Shown here piece after piece: positions 1-9,443 of a stretch of 39,618 bases of DNA. A program made the position numbers and the translations under genes. Each line of letters starts with the position of its first letter. Position 1 is the stretch's first letter. Below the pieces are notes generated by a model. The model was not told the origin of the DNA and made no database searches. It saw nothing but the letters and a program-made list of their open reading frames with translations. Origin of the DNA: a virus (Duplodnaviria; Caudoviricetes); IMG/VR virus record IMGVR_UViG_3300032305_003061, positions 1 through 39,618 of that record; one strand, written 5' to 3'.

Positions 1-22
1 TAAACCCGAATTTGATACTTTC

Positions 23-1930
23 ATGTTATTTATTGGTGAAAGCAATAAAGATCTTGTAACACAAGCGATGAACCTTCTAAGAAGGTTCATCGAGAACGAT
101 ATCATTACTTTAGAAGTGAAAAATAATAAAATTTATATAACAAAAGACAACGAAACCAAAGAATTCAATGATTTTACAAGATTTGAATCAGAATTACATT
201 CAATCGAAGGAAGTTTAACTAAATATGAACAAAAATCGGGTGTATTTAACCCAATACTTGGGGAACAAAAATATAGAAATAACTTAGCAGCTAAAGGTGA
301 AAATGTTTGGGTGTTTAAAGGAGATACACCAGACTTGTGTAGGATTTTTGGTAAAAGCCAAATATGGTGTATTTCTAGTTCAAAATCAGCAACACATTGG
401 TTTGATTATAGAATACGTTTTCATCAAACTCAATACTTTGTTTTTGATTTTAATAAAGATGAAAACGATCCAGCTAGGTATGTTAATCCGGGTGTAGCTC
501 CAAAGGGTATGTACTCTGAGTGGGTTGATGCTAGGAACGAGCATAGTACAGATCCAGAAAATAGAGAATCACAAATTGGTATTAATGGATATACAAGTAT
601 AAATCAATATAAGAATTATTTGGCAAGTAAAGGTATTCCTCAAAGTATTTGGACAACAACTGAACCAGAAGTGTGGGAAAAAGATTTGAAACATTATATT
701 CAGAGCGGATATTTTGGTTATGCTAAAAAGGATTCTGATCCTAGAGTTTTCCCTATGTATTTAAAAATTGCAAATAACATCGGAGATGATGATTTTGATA
801 TGTTAGATGATAATCAGAAGAGAGAATTTGTGTTTGGTAAATTGTATAATTTAACTGAAAAACAATTTGAATTTGCTAAAGATTTGAGTGGTTATTATAA
901 TTCATTAGATCTTGATCAGAAAGTAAGATTTGCTAGTAAAACGGAAAATCAAGATTTAATGTTCTTATTGGCTAAAAATCCAGAATTAAGTGGTGATAAT
1001 GTTTATTATTTAATGTCTGCGACAAACGACATAGATAAAATTGTAAAAATATTAGGTCAAGACAATATCAATAAAGTAGAAAGTATTAATATTTTCCAAT
1101 TGCTTAGTCATGCGTCTGACATACACAAAATGGCAAAAATTTTAGGTCAAGAAAATATTGACAAAATTCCTGAAAGTTATATTTATCATTTACTTTTAAC
1201 ATCAAAAGACAAATATGAAATGGCAGAAATTTTAGGTTCATATAACATAAGCAAGTTAGATGATCCCACAGTTATTGATTTATTACAAATACCTGATCAC
1301 AACGAAGTTGACTCAGCCTACAAACTAGCGATGATTATAATTAAATATAAAAAAGAATTATCTTCCAGTAATGTTTTCGCTTGTCTTCGGGTTGAAACAA
1401 ACATTGATAATCAAAATAAAATTATAGAAGCCTTGGGTTCAGAAAATATTAATAAATTAGGTGGAAGACGTGTTTACTTCTTGTTAAATAGCAGAAACAT
1501 TGATATAAATCGAATGGCAGAAATTTTAGGTTCAAAAAATATTGACAGATTAGATAAAGATGATATTTTTGAATTGCTTTATCGAGATGGACCACAACAT
1601 CAACATGAAGAAAAAGAAGTAAGAAAAATCATGATAGATAAAATGTCAAAAATTTTAGGGTCAAAAAATATTGACAAATTAGATAAAGATAATATTTTTG
1701 AATTGCTTGATCAAAGTGCAAGTAGTGAATTAGAACAAATGGCAGAAATTTTAGGTTCACATAATATAAACAAATTAAGTACGGGTAATGTTGTGAATCT
1801 TTTAATAAATTCTAAATCGAAAAACAACACACCATTAATAATTAGAGTTTTAGGTCCAGAAAATATCAATAAACTAAATAATAAAGTTATAAAAGATCAT
1901 ATAAAAAGAAACGGCATTAATTTAGACTAA
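23..1930 (+). CDS. Phage protein with C-terminal ~30-aa helical repeats (MAxILGxxNIxKL); probably 5'-truncated by the window
   Basis: 635-aa ORF; frame is open back to position 2 (KPEFDTF-M); 8 clear LGxxNIxK repeat units plus 1 degenerate unit; N-terminal WCIS...YFVFD segment. Confidence 0.8.
   Translation: MLFIGESNKDLVTQAMNLLRRFIENDIITLEVKNNKIYITKDNETKEFNDFTRFESELHSIEGSLTKYEQKSGVFNPILGEQKYRNNLAAKGENVWVFKGDTPDLCRIFGKSQIWCISSSKSATHWFDYRIRFHQTQYFVFDFNKDENDPARYVNPGVAPKGMYSEWVDARNEHSTDPENRESQIGINGYTSINQYKNYLASKGIPQSIWTTTEPEVWEKDLKHYIQSGYFGYAKKDSDPRVFPMYLKIANNIGDDDFDMLDDNQKREFVFGKLYNLTEKQFEFAKDLSGYYNSLDLDQKVRFASKTENQDLMFLLAKNPELSGDNVYYLMSATNDIDKIVKILGQDNINKVESINIFQLLSHASDIHKMAKILGQENIDKIPESYIYHLLLTSKDKYEMAEILGSYNISKLDDPTVIDLLQIPDHNEVDSAYKLAMIIIKYKKELSSSNVFACLRVETNIDNQNKIIEALGSENINKLGGRRVYFLLNSRNIDINRMAEILGSKNIDRLDKDDIFELLYRDGPQHQHEEKEVRKIMIDKMSKILGSKNIDKLDKDNIFELLDQSASSELEQMAEILGSHNINKLSTGNVVNLLINSKSKNNTPLIIRVLGPENINKLNNKVIKDHIKRNGINLD
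1036..1900 (+). repeat. Intragenic degenerate tandem repeat (~90-130 bp unit) encoding helical repeats
   Basis: ATGGCAGAAATTTTAGGTTCA recurs near 1220, 1515 and 1740; protein units such as KMAKILGQENIDKI and RMAEILGSKNIDRL. Confidence 0.85.
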
Positions 1931-3254
1931 ACTTCAATACAGCTTGACTACCTCTGTTCTCAGAAAGGAATCTAGAGAACAGTAGGTCATGTCTAATCGG
2001 ATCTACGTCAGTAACACCAAGCAAATATAAGACGAGAGAACCAGCACCAGAACCTCTTCCGGGTCCAACCGCATAGACACCATCCAAACCAGTAATCTCA
2101 TGACTAATTCTCCTAGCCTCATCAGTAAAACTTTTAACAATTAAAAAGTAAGATGAAAATTGTTTTCTAAAAATTAAATCCAACTCTTCTAATATTCTTT
2201 TAACATAAACACCATTGGTTTTACTGATCCCTCTCTTTTTCAAACCTTGCATTACCAATTCTTTCAATTTCTCCTCTTCATTAATAATTTTAGGTAATTT
2301 AACACTTCTATCCAACTTAACATTCTCTGCCATACGACATATCTTAACAGTATTCATCTTAGCTTGTTCAAATATCTCCAAAGGAATTACATCAGAATAT
2401 TTCTCAAGCCACTTCTTATTCATTTCATCTTCAGTCTTCATCCACAAATTTCTATCCTGCAATTCAAAAACATCAGCATTTTCTGATTTTAACTTTTCAA
2501 TTTCAGCTAGTGTTCTCTTAGTATTAACCAACATCATTATTGTCTGATACTTGCTATCCTCCTCATATGCATAATGAACATCATTGCTCATTATCATAGG
2601 AATACCATGCTTAAGATGCATTTCTACTAAAAATTGGTCATATCCTCTTTGATACTCAAAATCAAGCAACATCATTTCAAGATAAAAATTATCACCAAAC
2701 ATATCCTTATACTTCAGAACCATTTCTTCTGCTTTTTCTTTTCCATATAGCTTCAAAGCTCTTGCTGCTTCTGAAGCACAACAACAACTCGTAAAGATTA
2801 TACCTTCTCTATGCTTCCTTAATAACTCATGATTAACTCTAGGTTTTCTGTAAAAACCTTGTGACCAACCAAGACTACAAAGTTTGGTTAAGTTTTCGTA
2901 ACCTTTGTTTGAAACGGCAATGGCTAATATATGACTCGATGTTTTAAATGCTTCGTATTGATCAGGAGAAAGACTTTTTATAAAGTTGGTTCTTTCCTCT
3001 TCATTCTCAGTTGCTTCCGTATGAACAGAGTTAACGTAAAGTTCGCAACCAAAAACTGGCTTAAACTTCTTTTTATCAAATTGTTCTGTTTGTGAGATTA
3101 GACTTGGAATTGATGCCATAAGTCCATGATCAGTAACACAAAGGTAGTCGCCATGCGTACTCCATCTGTCGCAATATTCTAAAATTTTCCCAAATCCGTC
3201 AAGGATACTATACTCGCTATGTAAATGAAGGTGCTCAAATCCAACAATATTCAT
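1917..3254 (-). CDS. dnaE: DNA polymerase III alpha subunit, N-terminal part only (PHP domain plus start of the palm)
   Basis: HLHLHSEYSILDG, TDHG, GCELY, FYRKPR, NDVHY, GPGRGSGAGSLV, DVDPIRHDLLFSRFL; ends before PDIDxD. Start is ATG 3254 or TTG 3281 (after GGAGG); the track's 3320 start overlaps a -35 box. Confidence 0.92.
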   Translation of the reverse strand: MNIVGFEHLHLHSEYSILDGFGKILEYCDRWSTHGDYLCVTDHGLMASIPSLISQTEQFDKKKFKPVFGCELYVNSVHTEATENEEERTNFIKSLSPDQYEAFKTSSHILAIAVSNKGYENLTKLCSLGWSQGFYRKPRVNHELLRKHREGIIFTSCCCASEAARALKLYGKEKAEEMVLKYKDMFGDNFYLEMMLLDFEYQRGYDQFLVEMHLKHGIPMIMSNDVHYAYEEDSKYQTIMMLVNTKRTLAEIEKLKSENADVFELQDRNLWMKTEDEMNKKWLEKYSDVIPLEIFEQAKMNTVKICRMAENVKLDRSVKLPKIINEEEKLKELVMQGLKKRGISKTNGVYVKRILEELDLIFRKQFSSYFLIVKSFTDEARRISHEITGLDGVYAVGPGRGSGAGSLVLYLLGVTDVDPIRHDLLFSRFLSENRGSQAVLKFSLN

Positions 3255-3292
3255 GTGCTTAACTATCCTTGCTAATAACAAATTACCTCCAC

Positions 3293-3320
3293 ATTTTAAC
3301 ATATGGAAGTAATTTGTCAA
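3293..3320 (-). promoter_or_regulatory. sigma70-type promoter for the dnaE-N gene
   Basis: Minus strand TTGACA-16 nt-TAAAAT with TGn extended -10. Confidence 0.65.
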
Positions 3321-3337
3321 GATTTAAATTGTTAGTT

Positions 3338-4018
3338 TTAACCTAAAATGAATGTGTTCCAATGATCTAATGTTCCAACATTAACATAATTTGTCACTTC
3401 GCATGCATGGAAAACTTCTTGATTTGCTATCATGCTTGAGACAACATGAGACATGAATATTTCTTTGTGTTTATCTACAATCATTTTAAAATGGTTAATA
3501 AAGCTTGTCTTTTTGCTAAACTGATATCCTCCAACACAAAAATCATCTGATACAATTTTCTTTTCAACAACCGAATCAATAATATTGTCTTCATTCTTTA
3601 CAACATATCCTAATTGTTCTGGATTTTTAATTAATTTATTGTTAGAGAGTTTTGAAGTAAAAACAAAATTCCCATCATTGCAGTTAGAATCAAAAAAACT
3701 ATCACAATCTCTTACTAAAAAAGATCCATCATTTTTTGTTTTCTCAAGTGTCAAAAACACTGTTTCAGCCGGACCTTTTGTTAAATAATCAATTACAACA
3801 ATTTGAATAAAATCTCCAAATTTATTCTTAACAATTTCGTAAGCATTATATTTGTCAATATGTTCTTTAAGTAATGATATGTACACATTGTTATTTTTGT
3901 GCATATTTCCAATAACATTTTCAATCATCAATTTACCATTACTGTCTTCCAATAAATACTTTGGTTTTAAATTTGGGAATCTTGAAGATAAGCCAGCACA
4001 AGGTATAATTATATCCAT
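3338..4018 (-). CDS. Sugar-phosphate nucleotidyltransferase (GT-A fold)
   Basis: IIIPCAGLSSRFP..KPKYLL signature, GPAETV, DCD, VEKK, GGYQF, C-terminal VGT. Confidence 0.8.
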   Translation of the reverse strand: MDIIIPCAGLSSRFPNLKPKYLLEDSNGKLMIENVIGNMHKNNNVYISLLKEHIDKYNAYEIVKNKFGDFIQIVVIDYLTKGPAETVFLTLEKTKNDGSFLVRDCDSFFDSNCNDGNFVFTSKLSNNKLIKNPEQLGYVVKNEDNIIDSVVEKKIVSDDFCVGGYQFSKKTSFINHFKMIVDKHKEIFMSHVVSSMIANQEVFHACEVTNYVNVGTLDHWNTFILG

Positions 4019-4764
4019 AAATTATTTATCCATTTCAATAAAAAGTTCTTATCTTGATCGTTATTACAATAAGGAAGTACCCTAAGTAACATCAAAATTA
4101 AAACATAATTATTGTTTAATTCTAAATATGTTTCAGATAACTTTTTAAACAAATAAGATTTTCTATCTTGGTATTCATCTGCTTTTCTTCTTAAAAACCA
4201 TCCACAAGTCAAATCTTGATTCAGTTTTGCAAGATCAAAAACATAAGAATCATAAACAGAAGTAAGGGGGTCTATCAAAAAAAACTTTTTTCTTTTTACA
4301 TCATAAAGAATGTTATCTAAAGTTAAATCACCATGATAAATTGTTTGAGGCATAACTTTTGGTAATTTTTCTATCAATTCATTTTTTTCAAATACAAACA
4401 AACTGAAATCGTAAGAACTTAATTTTTCTTCATAAATTTTGACATAATCTTTAGGAACGCTGGTGTGTTGGAATATGGTAAATGTTTTTTTCAAAAAATC
4501 TAACAATAAATCAATATCGTAATAAGAAATGAATTTTATGATATCAATTGATTCGATAAATTCCATATCATAATAATTTTTGCCAATTTTAAACATTTCT
4601 GGAATTGAAACATTATTGCTTTTCAAAACATGATATCTTTCAATATTTCTTTCAACATTATCAAGTTTCCTAACAAAAACCCTGTTATTATTTTTTATTT
4701 TGAATATTTTACTTCCAGAAAAGCCTTGAAATTCTTGAATTATTTTTTCCATAAAGTCCTTCAA
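4009..4764 (-). CDS. APH/choline-kinase-family phosphotransferase (probable sugar kinase)
   Basis: GFSGS glycine loop, YYDMEFI, HGDLTLDNIL (Brenner motif), IDP, DLAKLNQD; start may be ATG 4752. Confidence 0.8.
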   Translation of the reverse strand: MKDFMEKIIQEFQGFSGSKIFKIKNNNRVFVRKLDNVERNIERYHVLKSNNVSIPEMFKIGKNYYDMEFIESIDIIKFISYYDIDLLLDFLKKTFTIFQHTSVPKDYVKIYEEKLSSYDFSLFVFEKNELIEKLPKVMPQTIYHGDLTLDNILYDVKRKKFFLIDPLTSVYDSYVFDLAKLNQDLTCGWFLRRKADEYQDRKSYLFKKLSETYLELNNNYVLILMLLRVLPYCNNDQDKNFLLKWINNLWI

Positions 4765-4853
4765 TTAATAATTCGACATATTAATACCTGTTTGATAAAA
4801 AAAAATTAATAATTCTAAAATATATAATGACACATATGTGATAAATTAACTAT

Positions 4854-5591
4854 ATGATAAAAATTAAAAGATTAAGAGTTGCTGTTGTTTTAAGTGGAAT
4901 GCAAAGAATTCCAGAAAAATCACAGGCAAGTGTGCGACAAATAGCCAATACATATAAAACAAATGTGTTTTGTCATTGTTGGGAGAATGAACCAGAAATC
5001 AATAATTATTCGTTTGGAAGAACACTGCATTTTCCTATTCCGACATGTCCAGCAAAAGAAATTTTACAAAAATTCAGCAACATAAAATACAAAGTATCAA
5101 AATGTAGCCTTCACAGAGAATATTTTGATAATTTGCTCAATCAAATAAATAATAAAAATGGCAAACCACACGGAGCATCTTTCAGTCAATTTTACAGCAT
5201 GAACAAAGCAGACAAATTAAGAAGAGAATACGAAGAAGAAAACAATATGAAATTTGATGTTGTCATGAGAATACGTTTCGACACTGACATAAAAACAAGA
5301 TTAATATTTGAAGACTTTGATTTAAATAAATTACACATACCTCCTTGCCAATATGATTTCACAGAGACTCCAAGACCGGGCATGTGGAAAGGAATCCATG
5401 ATCAATTTGCATTTGGACCTTCACATTTAATGACTCATTATTTTGATGTATACGACAAAATGATAGAAATAGCAAATAGAGTAGATGTTCGTACTGACTT
5501 TTGCACTCATCCAATACTAGCGCAACATCTTCTGAATGGTAAAATTCCTGTAGAAAGACCAAACATAGACATTAGAGCACACGGAGAATAA
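4854..5591 (+). CDS. Glycosyltransferase-like hypothetical protein
   Basis: VAVVLSGMQR, FCHCW, SQFYS, DVVMRIRFD, DQFAFG pattern as in viral GT-like proteins. Confidence 0.55.
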   Translation: MIKIKRLRVAVVLSGMQRIPEKSQASVRQIANTYKTNVFCHCWENEPEINNYSFGRTLHFPIPTCPAKEILQKFSNIKYKVSKCSLHREYFDNLLNQINNKNGKPHGASFSQFYSMNKADKLRREYEEENNMKFDVVMRIRFDTDIKTRLIFEDFDLNKLHIPPCQYDFTETPRPGMWKGIHDQFAFGPSHLMTHYFDVYDKMIEIANRVDVRTDFCTHPILAQHLLNGKIPVERPNIDIRAHGE

Positions 5592-5792
5592 TCAAATCAC
5601 AGATTCTTGTCTAACATATTCCTTGTATTGCTGTTCAAGCAAAAACAAAGATTCACGAAGATTGTAAACTTCTTTATTCAACTTTTCAATCATCAATTGT
5701 TGCAAAGAATCAATAGATTGAAGTTCTTCATTGAATTTCTTCAAATCATTTATTTGATTTATTAAAACAGAAATATCTTGAGCATCATTCAT
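5592..5792 (-). CDS. Small coiled-coil protein
   Basis: Heptad-rich ORF; likely start MNDAQD at 5792, overlapping the stop of the upstream small ORF. Confidence 0.6.
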   Translation of the reverse strand: MNDAQDISVLINQINDLKKFNEELQSIDSLQQLMIEKLNKEVYNLRESLFLLEQQYKEYVRQESVI

Positions 5793-5898
5793 AATCATCA
5801 CCATTTTTGTTTTGTTGTTGAGTAAAATACGCAATTATTGTAAGGACAATTGCAGTCATTGCTAAAAACAAAACATACTCAATAACTTGCCTAACCAT
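5785..5898 (-). CDS. 37-aa single-TM microprotein (not in ORF track)
   Basis: MVRQVIEYVLFLAMTAIVLTIIAYFTQQQNKNGDDYE; fills the gap between two co-oriented genes exactly. Confidence 0.6.
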   Translation of the reverse strand: MVRQVIEYVLFLAMTAIVLTIIAYFTQQQNKNGDDYE

Positions 5899-5899
5899 G

Positions 5900-6646
5900 T
5901 TAAACCCTTATTATTCCAATCATCCTATTTTTAAGATCACGCCAGCCTACCATGCTTGGAGATTCCACGTCAAGATTTTTCAATAACAATAAACCATTTT
6001 TCTCAACCTTTTCCATAATTGGTGTTATATTCACCTTTTGACCTTTTGTGTCAAAATAAACAATTTTATATTTTTTATCATTTTCCATTTGGTAATTTAG
6101 ATTCATGTGTTTACCAAAAATATGCGCATTATTTTTTACAAAATCATCAACTACCAAAGCTTCCATATCATTTTCTGTAAAGAATAAAGACCATATATAA
6201 CTAAATGGTAAATTTGAATAATGTTCACTTATCTTGTAAAATAAATTTGCTTTATTGCTAGAATAGAAAGACCAGCTTTCATTAAACATTTCTAGTAATT
6301 TTATTTTTTCATAATCTCTAAGAACTAAATCCTTATGTGTATCTGAACCAAAATCTAATTTACACTCAGAAAACATTCCCTTCAAAAGCATAGCTTCACA
6401 ATTTCTTTTGATGAATGTTTCTATGAAAGACAGTTCATCCATAACATTATGAGAATAGAAAATATTTATAAAAGACTTATGACGTAATATGCTGTTTATA
6501 AAACATCCATTAGCTATGGATCTATCACAGAACATAAAAATTTTGCAATTTTTCTCTTTTAAACTTTCATCAAACTTTGTATACCACTTAGTAAAAGGCA
6601 AACCGGGAGCATTTTGAAAAATGAATCTAAACGAAATATGGCTCAT
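5900..6646 (-). CDS. Hypothetical protein, translationally coupled to spoVR
   Basis: 248-aa ORF with 4-bp overlap with the spoVR stop; no motif recognised. Confidence 0.7.
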   Translation of the reverse strand: MSHISFRFIFQNAPGLPFTKWYTKFDESLKEKNCKIFMFCDRSIANGCFINSILRHKSFINIFYSHNVMDELSFIETFIKRNCEAMLLKGMFSECKLDFGSDTHKDLVLRDYEKIKLLEMFNESWSFYSSNKANLFYKISEHYSNLPFSYIWSLFFTENDMEALVVDDFVKNNAHIFGKHMNLNYQMENDKKYKIVYFDTKGQKVNITPIMEKVEKNGLLLLKNLDVESPSMVGWRDLKNRMIGIIRV

Positions 6647-8238
6647 AGCTTGTTTAATTGCTCCCTTGTGATCGATTTAGGATCAGCTGCTTCGTAATCA
6701 CCATTCATATCTTGACAATAATAGAAAACTTCATCACCATTATGGTTTTTCGTTTGAAGAACAACTGGCTGTCTCATCAATACGCAAATAGACTTCATTA
6801 CTTCATACGCATAAGGCTTATACAGCTCAATACCTTCCCATTTATGTTCCATAAAGAACATATTACCCTTAAATCTAGGCTCAATTAATTTAATTGATGG
6901 TAACCCACGATTAATATACTTCCTAAGCAACTCTTTCTTGATCTTCTTGTAATCTCTGCTTTCAATCTTAACTTCACCAGTTGGATATCTTTTGTATTCA
7001 AAAAATTCGTTCTTTTCACAAAACTCTTTAGTGAAGAACTCATTGATAAATTGATAATCATCATAGTTTTTGCAAACTTCAAAAACTTTTTGCTTACCAA
7101 GACCAAGCTTTAAATCCCATTTTTCTTTTTCAAAAGGATCGGTACAGTTTTCATAATCTGTTCCAAATCTACCCTTGTCCCATCTCTCTTCAATGTCCAT
7201 AAGAAGAGTGAATCCAAGTTTATATGGATTCATGCTATACTTGCCACCAAGAACACCAGCTTTATGAATTGAATACTCTACAATGCCAGCATCCTCTGTT
7301 TCTTGACCAAGACTGCAATAACCTTGCTTTGCAATGATGTGATAATCGCAATAACTCGCAAGCCCTTCATTCAATGCTTTTGTCTTGCCTTGTGGGCTAA
7401 AATAAATTGCTTCGTTGTAAAGAATCTCGGCAATATCTCGTTGCCAAGGTTTGAACGGTGCATTTTCCTTAATATAACCAAATATGTCAGACTCTGGTGT
7501 AATAAGAAGATTGAGATCTTGCATAATCTCACGTTCTTCAATCTTCTTGTTTTGAGCCTTTATAAAAGATTTAGTATTAATCCAATCTTCCATATAATCA
7601 TTTTTTGTTTTAATTCTTCTTGGAAACACATACTCTTTATTATCTGTAATAACAACGTCTTTTGCTGTTCTTTCTTTCCAAATATTCATTGGATCAATAA
7701 GAGTCTCTATTCTAAACAAATGATCCATAAACTCCGTAACAGTCTCTCTTCCATATCGAGACATGTACTTTCTTACATTCGATCCATTATTAGCAAGCTC
7801 ATTATGAGCATTCGTATTAGTCCTAGAAAAATGAATGTTATTCTTGAAAAAATGACAATGCCCAATAGCATGAGCAATAACTGTAATATTATCAAGAAGT
7901 GTGTTTGAATTTAGACAATATAGATAACATGGTGAAGAATTAATCACCATTTCATATATTCTATGATTTCCGTACAGATATCCTCTTTGCATCTCTTCAT
8001 ATTCTGCACCAAATTTCCAGTGAGGAAATCTTACTGCAAAACCACCGTAGCTTGCAACTTCACTCATTTCATCATGAGAAAGCATTTGAACAATAGTAGG
8101 ATAAAAATCAAGACCAAAATCTTTGCATGCTTGAAAAATGGTAGGAATATGTTTTTGTAGTTCTTCTGGGATAGGCACACCGGGGGTGGTTGCTGATCCA
8201 AAAAGAACAGGCGAGCCGAATAAAAATTTATCTGACAT
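6643..8238 (-). CDS. spoVR: SpoVR/YcgB family protein
   Basis: FGLDFYP, RFPHWKFGAEY, IYEMVINSSPC, AHAIGHCHFFKNN, WQRDI, YFSPQGKTKALNEG, NPYKLG; follows prkA-yeaH. Confidence 0.93.
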   Translation of the reverse strand: MSDKFLFGSPVLFGSATTPGVPIPEELQKHIPTIFQACKDFGLDFYPTIVQMLSHDEMSEVASYGGFAVRFPHWKFGAEYEEMQRGYLYGNHRIYEMVINSSPCYLYCLNSNTLLDNITVIAHAIGHCHFFKNNIHFSRTNTNAHNELANNGSNVRKYMSRYGRETVTEFMDHLFRIETLIDPMNIWKERTAKDVVITDNKEYVFPRRIKTKNDYMEDWINTKSFIKAQNKKIEEREIMQDLNLLITPESDIFGYIKENAPFKPWQRDIAEILYNEAIYFSPQGKTKALNEGLASYCDYHIIAKQGYCSLGQETEDAGIVEYSIHKAGVLGGKYSMNPYKLGFTLLMDIEERWDKGRFGTDYENCTDPFEKEKWDLKLGLGKQKVFEVCKNYDDYQFINEFFTKEFCEKNEFFEYKRYPTGEVKIESRDYKKIKKELLRKYINRGLPSIKLIEPRFKGNMFFMEHKWEGIELYKPYAYEVMKSICVLMRQPVVLQTKNHNGDEVFYYCQDMNGDYEAADPKSITREQLNKL

Positions 8239-8240
8239 AA

Positions 8241-9428
8241 TTAAAACATCCGATTGGCGCTTGTAAATGGAGTACCCAAAATATCCTTAATAGCTTTCAG
8301 AATAGCTTCATTCCTCTTTTCTTCACTGTTAATAACATCAAATGGAATTTCTGCAACAACAACATTCTCTTCCACTTTACCTTCAACTATTGCTTTCTCA
8401 ACAGCCTCAGCAACACTATCCCTGTAAGTGTAAGCACCTATTTGAGTTATAGCAACAAGGTTAACAGTATTTTGTCCGAATTCTTTTTTCAACAATGAAG
8501 TAAAGACTTCATTATCATTGTTATAGTTTTCGCCATCAGTGAAATAAAAGAAATAGATATTCCAGTTATTTGGTGTAAATCTGTTCTCAAATTGTTTTGA
8601 AACTAAATCTAAAGCAGTGGAACATGTTGTTCCTCCACCATTTCTTATTCTGTAAAAATCTTTTGCATCAACTTCATGAGCAGCAACATCATGCCACACA
8701 TAAAGTCTTTCTACTCGTTCGTAAAAATTTCGGATGTAAGTATCAATCCAATATGCCATATCTGAAACTATAGATACTTTTCTGTCGTCCATAGAACCGC
8801 TAGCGTCTCTAGCAAATATAACTACAGCATTGCTGGATGGAAATTTAATTTCTTTGTATTGACGATATCTTTTGTCAGAGTTAATTGGATTAATCATCTT
8901 AACTTTGTCTTTGATACCGGGAATTTCATACAAATTATTAATTTCGCCAGTTCCACACAAGCGTTTCATTGCTGTAAGCATTGTTCTGCGTGTATGACGA
9001 AGAGATTCTGGACCAACAAGAGAGATGTTATTGTATTTAATTTTTACATCTTCAAGATTTGCTTGTTGTTTAGGTTTAAGGTCAGGAAGCTGTAATTCAT
9101 CTTTCATAAAATGAAGGATGTCTTCCATGTCAATCTGAACGATGATGCCTTCGCTTTCATCCTGTCCAGCACCATTACCTTGACCTTGACCCTTATCTTT
9201 TCCTAAAACATCGCCTTCTTGACCATCTCCACGCCCAACACCATTGGGATTCTTTCCGTGGAGAAAGTGAGGAATATCAATAGCAGGAATCTTTATAGAA
9301 ACTTTGCCATTTTTACCACGGTGGCGAAAAATTTCGCCACTTTTAATAAACTTCTTTAAATTTTTCCTAATCCTACCACTGACCACATCTCTGAAGTCTT
9401 TATGATCAGAATCAATCCTTCTTGGCAA
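8241..9428 (-). CDS. yeaH: YeaH/YhbH (DUF444) vWA-domain protein
   Basis: DHKDFR N-terminus, Gly-rich linker, ELQLPDL, MIDAS DASGSM, GGGT, FTDGEN; TTG start after AAGGAG. Confidence 0.92.
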   Translation of the reverse strand: MPRRIDSDHKDFRDVVSGRIRKNLKKFIKSGEIFRHRGKNGKVSIKIPAIDIPHFLHGKNPNGVGRGDGQEGDVLGKDKGQGQGNGAGQDESEGIIVQIDMEDILHFMKDELQLPDLKPKQQANLEDVKIKYNNISLVGPESLRHTRRTMLTAMKRLCGTGEINNLYEIPGIKDKVKMINPINSDKRYRQYKEIKFPSSNAVVIFARDASGSMDDRKVSIVSDMAYWIDTYIRNFYERVERLYVWHDVAAHEVDAKDFYRIRNGGGTTCSTALDLVSKQFENRFTPNNWNIYFFYFTDGENYNNDNEVFTSLLKKEFGQNTVNLVAITQIGAYTYRDSVAEAVEKAIVEGKVEENVVVAEIPFDVINSEEKRNEAILKAIKDILGTPFTSANRMF

Positions 9429-9443
9429 TTTATTCTCCTTAAA

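Noticed and set aside
1917-1960. Split intein or programmed frameshift completing dnaE
   Set aside because: Only about 11 residues follow the homology end, with no intein block; the alternative frames stop at once and lack PDID.
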